Below are positions 27,865 through 32,000 of a DNA stretch of 32,000 nucleotides, one piece after another. Location of the stretch: NCBI GenBank assembly GCA_041200185.1, contig CP165730.1, forward strand, positions 304,749 through 336,748, given 5' to 3'. Source of the DNA: Alphaproteobacteria bacterium. GTDB taxonomy: Bacteria; Pseudomonadota; Alphaproteobacteria; BNTO01. The position numbers and the translations under genes were made by a program. Under the pieces are notes generated by a model. The model saw only the letters and a list, made by a program, of their open reading frames with translations, was not told where the DNA came from and ran no database searches. Within the stretch, counting starts at the first letter, position 1, and the number at the start of each line of letters is the position of its first letter.

Positions 27865-30495
27865 TTACAGACGCACAGCCTCCATTCTCTGAAGCTCTTC
27901 CTTCTTTTGCTCAAAAGCAGCGGCATCCTTCGCCCATTCTTCCGGTTTTGCCTTCTTGTAGGCTTCGTTGGACAGCTTCGCCTTAAGACGTTGGACTTCG
28001 TTTTCGCGCTCCTGGATTTTTTTAGCAAACACTTCTTTCGCTTTTTGAAGATCTAATTCTTGAGGATACTTCAAACAAAACTCACAAGAACCTTTAGCAA
28101 AATAAAGGCCCGATAAATTCTTAGGTAAGGCCTTCACACATTCCACCGAATCCAAACGCGCTAAGGCTGCAAACCACTCCCGATTCTCTCCCAAGAAAGA
28201 GTCTGGAACCGCTGCGACAAGATGCAGTTTCTCCGTTGCAGATAACCCTACGAGCCCGCGCAAAGAGCGGACCTCCTCCGTCACCGAAATATAAAAATCC
28301 TCCTTTTCGGCAGGGTCTGCTGCCTCTAAAGGTCCTTCACACCAGGGCTCTGTCAAAAGCATCCCCGAACAGCCGAACTGCGTCCAAAGCGTCTCGGTTA
28401 TGAACGGAATAACGGGGTGTGCCACCTTAAGGAATTCTAAGAAGACGCCTCGAGCTACCCCTCTGATTTCCGCAGCCACATTCGGCGAAGCGTTAGCAAG
28501 TCCGGCCTTCATGCCTTCAATGTAAACATCACAGTAAATCTCTTTCATAAAGCGATACAATCCTTGTGCAAAGAAGTCAAACCGCATATCTTCAAGATCT
28601 TGTTTCGCTTTTTTCTTGAACGCGACGGCTTGCGCGACAATCCAGCGATTGAGAGCAAAAGAGAGCTCTCCCCCTGTCTTCTCCTCTTCGCGCAACTCGA
28701 GGCACTGATTACGCTCGAGGAACTTTGCCGCATTCCAAATCTTCGTCATGAAGTTCCGGCCAATTTCGACGGACGACGCCCCCACGCGAATATCGCGTCC
28801 AGGGATCGCCATCTGCGTCAGAGTAAACCGCAGGGCATCCACTCCGTACTCGTCCGCCAAAAACAAGGGATCAATGACATTCCCCTTTGATTTAGACATT
28901 TTCTGTCCTTTTTCATCACGTACAAGTGGATTGATATAAACCTTACGAAAAGGAACAGAATTTGTGAAGTAGAGACTCATCATAATCATCCGCGACACCC
29001 AGAAGAAGATGATGTCAAAACCAGTTACGAGGACATCCGTTGGGAAATAAGTCCGTAGGTCCGCTGTCGCTTCCGGCCACCCCAGCGTGGAGAAAGGCCA
29101 CAAAGACGAAGAAAACCATGTATCAAGCACATCAGGGTCACGCGTGAGGGCGGGAACACGGTCACGATCAACCCCAAAGTACTCTGCTGCCTGAGCTATG
29201 GCTTCATCCTCGTTCATAGCACAGAACATTTTTCCATTTGCGGTATGCCACACAGGGATCTGGTGTCCCCACCAAATCTGGCGCGACAAGCACCAAGGTT
29301 GAACGTTCTCCAGCCAATCAAAATACGTGTGTTTCCAAGCGTCAGGCACGAATTGAACCTCCCCGTCCTTCACAGCTTGAATGGCTCGAGGCGCTAATTT
29401 TTTCACATCTAAAAACCACTGGTCTGTCACGCGGGGCTCGATCACACTCCCTGACCGGTCATTGTAAGGGACAGCATGCTGGATAGCCTCAGCCTTCTCC
29501 AGGAAACCCTGTTGTTCGAGGGCCGCCAGAACCTTTTTACGAGCTTCCGTCACCGAAAGTCCCCGAAACTCTGCTGGAACCCACTCATTAAGACGTGCAG
29601 ACTCGTCCATAACGCTCAATACCTCTAAACTGTGGCGCTGCCCCACCTCAAAATCGTTAAAATCATGTGCCGGAGTGATCTTGACCACACCCGACCCTTT
29701 CTCGGGGTCCGAGTACTCATCTGCAATTACAGGAATGATCCTTCTCGTCAACGGCAGTCTAACATTGCGTCCCACCCACTGCCGGTAACGTTCATCATCA
29801 GGATGAACAGCTACAGCTTGGTCACCAAAAAGGGTCTCGGGGCGCGTCGTTGCCACCGTTAAGAATTGATGCTCATCACCTTCCAGGGGATAGTGGATAT
29901 ACCACAACGTGCCCTTTTCTTGACGGTTTGTAACCTCCAAATCCGACACGGCAGTTTTTAAAGCTGGATCCCAATTCACAATGCGCTTGGCCCGGAAAAT
30001 CAGTCCATCGTTGTAAAGCTGAGTAAAAGCGTGAAGCACCGCTCGCGACGACTTTTCGTCCATAGTAAAACGCAAACGATCAAGATCAATACTCATCCCC
30101 ATGCGAATCAGTTGGTGAACAATACACCCTCCGGATTTCTCCTTCCACTCCCATACCTTCTTGATAAACGTCTCTCGGCCGATCTCTTGCCAGTTAACCC
30201 CCTGGTCACTCAACTGGTTAGCAACAATGATCTGCGTCGCAATCCCAGCGTGATCAAGCCCCGGCTGCCCAAGAGTCACATCCCCATGCTGCCGATGGTA
30301 TCGAAGCAAAACATCCTGCAAGGTCGACGTGAAAGCGTGCCCGAGGTGAAGAGATCCTGTCACGTTAGGAGGTGGAAGGGTGATCGTGAACGTCTGCGAT
30401 TTGCGATTTTTCACCGCTGTCGCGGCAATAATCTCCTTGGATCTTTTGACAACATCCGCCTCAGCGGTTTTAAAATCAAAATTCTTCTCCAACAT
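27865..30495 (-). CDS. valS: valine--tRNA ligase
   Basis: ORF 27865..30507 has the HIGH-type motif (SLHLGHAF), KMSKS and a C-terminal coiled-coil tail. MLEKNFDFK at ATG 30495 is the likely start. Confidence 0.96.
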   Translation of the reverse strand: MLEKNFDFKTAEADVVKRSKEIIAATAVKNRKSQTFTITLPPPNVTGSLHLGHAFTSTLQDVLLRYHRQHGDVTLGQPGLDHAGIATQIIVANQLSDQGVNWQEIGRETFIKKVWEWKEKSGGCIVHQLIRMGMSIDLDRLRFTMDEKSSRAVLHAFTQLYNDGLIFRAKRIVNWDPALKTAVSDLEVTNRQEKGTLWYIHYPLEGDEHQFLTVATTRPETLFGDQAVAVHPDDERYRQWVGRNVRLPLTRRIIPVIADEYSDPEKGSGVVKITPAHDFNDFEVGQRHSLEVLSVMDESARLNEWVPAEFRGLSVTEARKKVLAALEQQGFLEKAEAIQHAVPYNDRSGSVIEPRVTDQWFLDVKKLAPRAIQAVKDGEVQFVPDAWKHTYFDWLENVQPWCLSRQIWWGHQIPVWHTANGKMFCAMNEDEAIAQAAEYFGVDRDRVPALTRDPDVLDTWFSSSLWPFSTLGWPEATADLRTYFPTDVLVTGFDIIFFWVSRMIMMSLYFTNSVPFRKVYINPLVRDEKGQKMSKSKGNVIDPLFLADEYGVDALRFTLTQMAIPGRDIRVGASSVEIGRNFMTKIWNAAKFLERNQCLELREEEKTGGELSFALNRWIVAQAVAFKKKAKQDLEDMRFDFFAQGLYRFMKEIYCDVYIEGMKAGLANASPNVAAEIRGVARGVFLEFLKVAHPVIPFITETLWTQFGCSGMLLTEPWCEGPLEAADPAEKEDFYISVTEEVRSLRGLVGLSATEKLHLVAAVPDSFLGENREWFAALARLDSVECVKALPKNLSGLYFAKGSCEFCLKYPQELDLQKAKEVFAKKIQERENEVQRLKAKLSNEAYKKAKPEEWAKDAAAFEQKKEELQRMEAVRL

Positions 30496-30510
30496 ACAAC
30501 ACCCCACTTT

Positions 30511-30819
30511 TTACCGAGGAAAATACTTTAAAATAATCAATCCAAAGACGCTAATAAAATAGCGCAAACAAATACATAAAATAATGGGTGATAAATCTAA
30601 GAATCCAACCGTAGGAACAATGCGCCGAATCGGTGCAAGAACGGGCTCAATAAGCCTCGCCAGAGAGCTGTAAGTCGCGTACACAAATGCGCTGTTACGG
30701 TTTAAAACCCCGAATGACAGCAGAATACTGATGAGGATGTAGATAAAAATCAGGACGTTATAGAGATTCAAACAGGCCAACAGAACCTGCAACAACGGCA
30801 CAAAGAAAATTTCTAACAT
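30511..30819 (-). CDS. yggT: YggT family membrane protein
   Basis: 102 aa and hydrophobic, with a YggT-like core (LARLIEPVLAPIRRIVPTVGFLDLSPII). It ends 15 nt upstream of valS. Confidence 0.8.
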   Translation of the reverse strand: MLEIFFVPLLQVLLACLNLYNVLIFIYILISILLSFGVLNRNSAFVYATYSSLARLIEPVLAPIRRIVPTVGFLDLSPIILCICLRYFISVFGLIILKYFPR

Positions 30820-30886
30820 CGCATCACCCGACAGCCGGTCACTACGCTTTTCCCTTGTAGCACAAAAACGACGAACTTCCGAGGTC

Positions 30887-31618
30887 TTACAGCGTGTCCG
30901 AAGGGTCGCTAGGACTGAGCCCTCCTTGGTTTTTCTCCCCTCCCTTTTTCACAGCCGAAGGCCGACGACCCCGTCTTTTAGGAGCCGTTATAGCTTTCCT
31001 CTCTTCCTCTTCACCTACTGGACTTCCACTCTCCCCGCTCAACTTCTCGCTGACAACTGAGGATTCGCCATCCTGTCTCTCCTCCTGATCAGGAACTTTC
31101 AATCCTCCTGACGCTCTCTCAGAGTCTCCCTTCCCAACGTTTGGTGTTTCTTTACTTGTGTACCTTGTCGCTTTTTCACCGGTTTCTCTCTTAACCTCGC
31201 CAAGTTGACTCTCCGAAACCGGGTAAGTACTAGGTGTCCAAGAAGTTCCCTTACTCGAATTCGGCACCCGTCTTTCCGCACAAGCCTCGTTGTTTTCATC
31301 ACTCTCCTGAGAGGCAGCTGCGCCACCCGTCCCGCTCTTACCAGGAGAACCATCGGTGCGATCCTGGTTATTATGTCCCTGGTTTTGGTTGTTCCTGCGA
31401 GCAAAGTCATTATCACGATTCATAAGGCGGGCGTAATGCTCAGCACTCTGAAAGAACCGCTCAGCCTCAACAGTATCACCCTGGGAGGCGGCTTCTCGAG
31501 CTTGGTTAATATACTTCGCATACTGTGACTGATTCTTGGCTCGCTGCTGCTCTGAGTCGGCGTATCCAAACTTCGGACGTACTTGCACTTTGTTCTTTCC
31601 AAACCTTGATATAGCCAT
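30887..31618 (-). CDS. DUF4167-like protein (conserved N-terminus, low-complexity tail)
   Basis: The N-terminal ...QYAKYINQAREAASQGDTVEAERFFQSAEHYARLMN matches my memory of the alphaproteobacterial DUF4167 pattern. The rest is a disordered S/G/E/K-rich tail. Confidence 0.6.
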   Translation of the reverse strand: MAISRFGKNKVQVRPKFGYADSEQQRAKNQSQYAKYINQAREAASQGDTVEAERFFQSAEHYARLMNRDNDFARRNNQNQGHNNQDRTDGSPGKSGTGGAAASQESDENNEACAERRVPNSSKGTSWTPSTYPVSESQLGEVKRETGEKATRYTSKETPNVGKGDSERASGGLKVPDQEERQDGESSVVSEKLSGESGSPVGEEEERKAITAPKRRGRRPSAVKKGGEKNQGGLSPSDPSDTL

Positions 31619-32000
31619 TATTCCTCCCTCAGCCCTCTCTCGTTAACTCAGCTACGCATAATGTGGAAAACACCCCCGGCGCACTCCCAGCGCCGCCCTC
31701 AGTTTACAGATTCCCCTCGTGAGAATCAACCGTTGCCTCCTCCACGCGTATGGATAATGACTGAGGTCTCCGACTCTATGGCAACGGACTTTCGCGAAAA
31801 CGGGTCAGCGCTTCTCCTGAGCCTTTTTACAGCGAAATTTACTACGGAAAAGAGACTTTGCCCCACCAAGCAAGTACCATCAAGCCACTTCGCAGTTAAA
31901 TCGTGCTATAGTGAGGCGTCGCGGAGCTGAAAATCATGTTTCATGTCCGACCCCCAGCCACAAGAAACGTCCTCATCGACGGGAGGGTCTGCTGTCTTAG

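Noticed and set aside
31661-32000. An 89-aa plus-strand ORF at 31661..31930, and a possible partial CDS starting at ATG 31936 (after GGAG) or ATG 31943 and running off the window end.
   Set aside because: The first is Pro/Arg-rich with no SD, in a divergent promoter region. The second gives only about 20 codons, too little to call.

Overview
About 18 kb of this window (6.5-24.5 kb, all on the minus strand) is a fused str-S10-spc-alpha ribosomal supercluster. The order is rpsL-rpsG-fusA-tuf-rpsJ-rplC-rplD-rplW-rplB-rpsS-rplV-rpsC-rplP-rpmC-rpsQ-rplN-rplX-rplE-rpsN-rpsH-rplF-rplR-rpsE-rpmD-rplO-secY-adk-rpsM-rpsK-rpoA-rplQ. Three things point to an alphaproteobacterium, though this is inference only: adk sits after secY, rpmJ, infA and rpsD are absent from the cluster, and a DUF4167-like gene lies nearby. 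The housekeeping flanks are yebC and an MFS transporter on the left, an MBL-fold hydrolase plus tRNA-Ser(GGA) after the rplQ terminator, and a DUF4167-yggT-valS unit on the right. I found no CRISPR array, IS element, transposase or integrase, and I cannot point to a recognisable multi-gene novel system. The non-ordinary content lies in two compositionally patchy accessory segments. The first (about 2.1-5.35 kb) abuts the 3' end of tRNA-Ser. It carries an exported cysteine-rich protein built from two CxxC-x7-CxxC repeats, a second exported orphan, several small signal-peptide ORFs and a decayed gene. The second (about 24.5-27.9 kb) is an AT-rich block directly upstream of the str promoter. It carries a membrane-anchored orphan with a J-domain-like segment whose HPD motif reads SAD, a perfect 23-nt tandem duplication at a stop codon, an orphan terminator-like hairpin, and another exported orphan with a near-consensus promoter. 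All functional readings of the orphans are inference and need HMM or structure searches that I cannot run.
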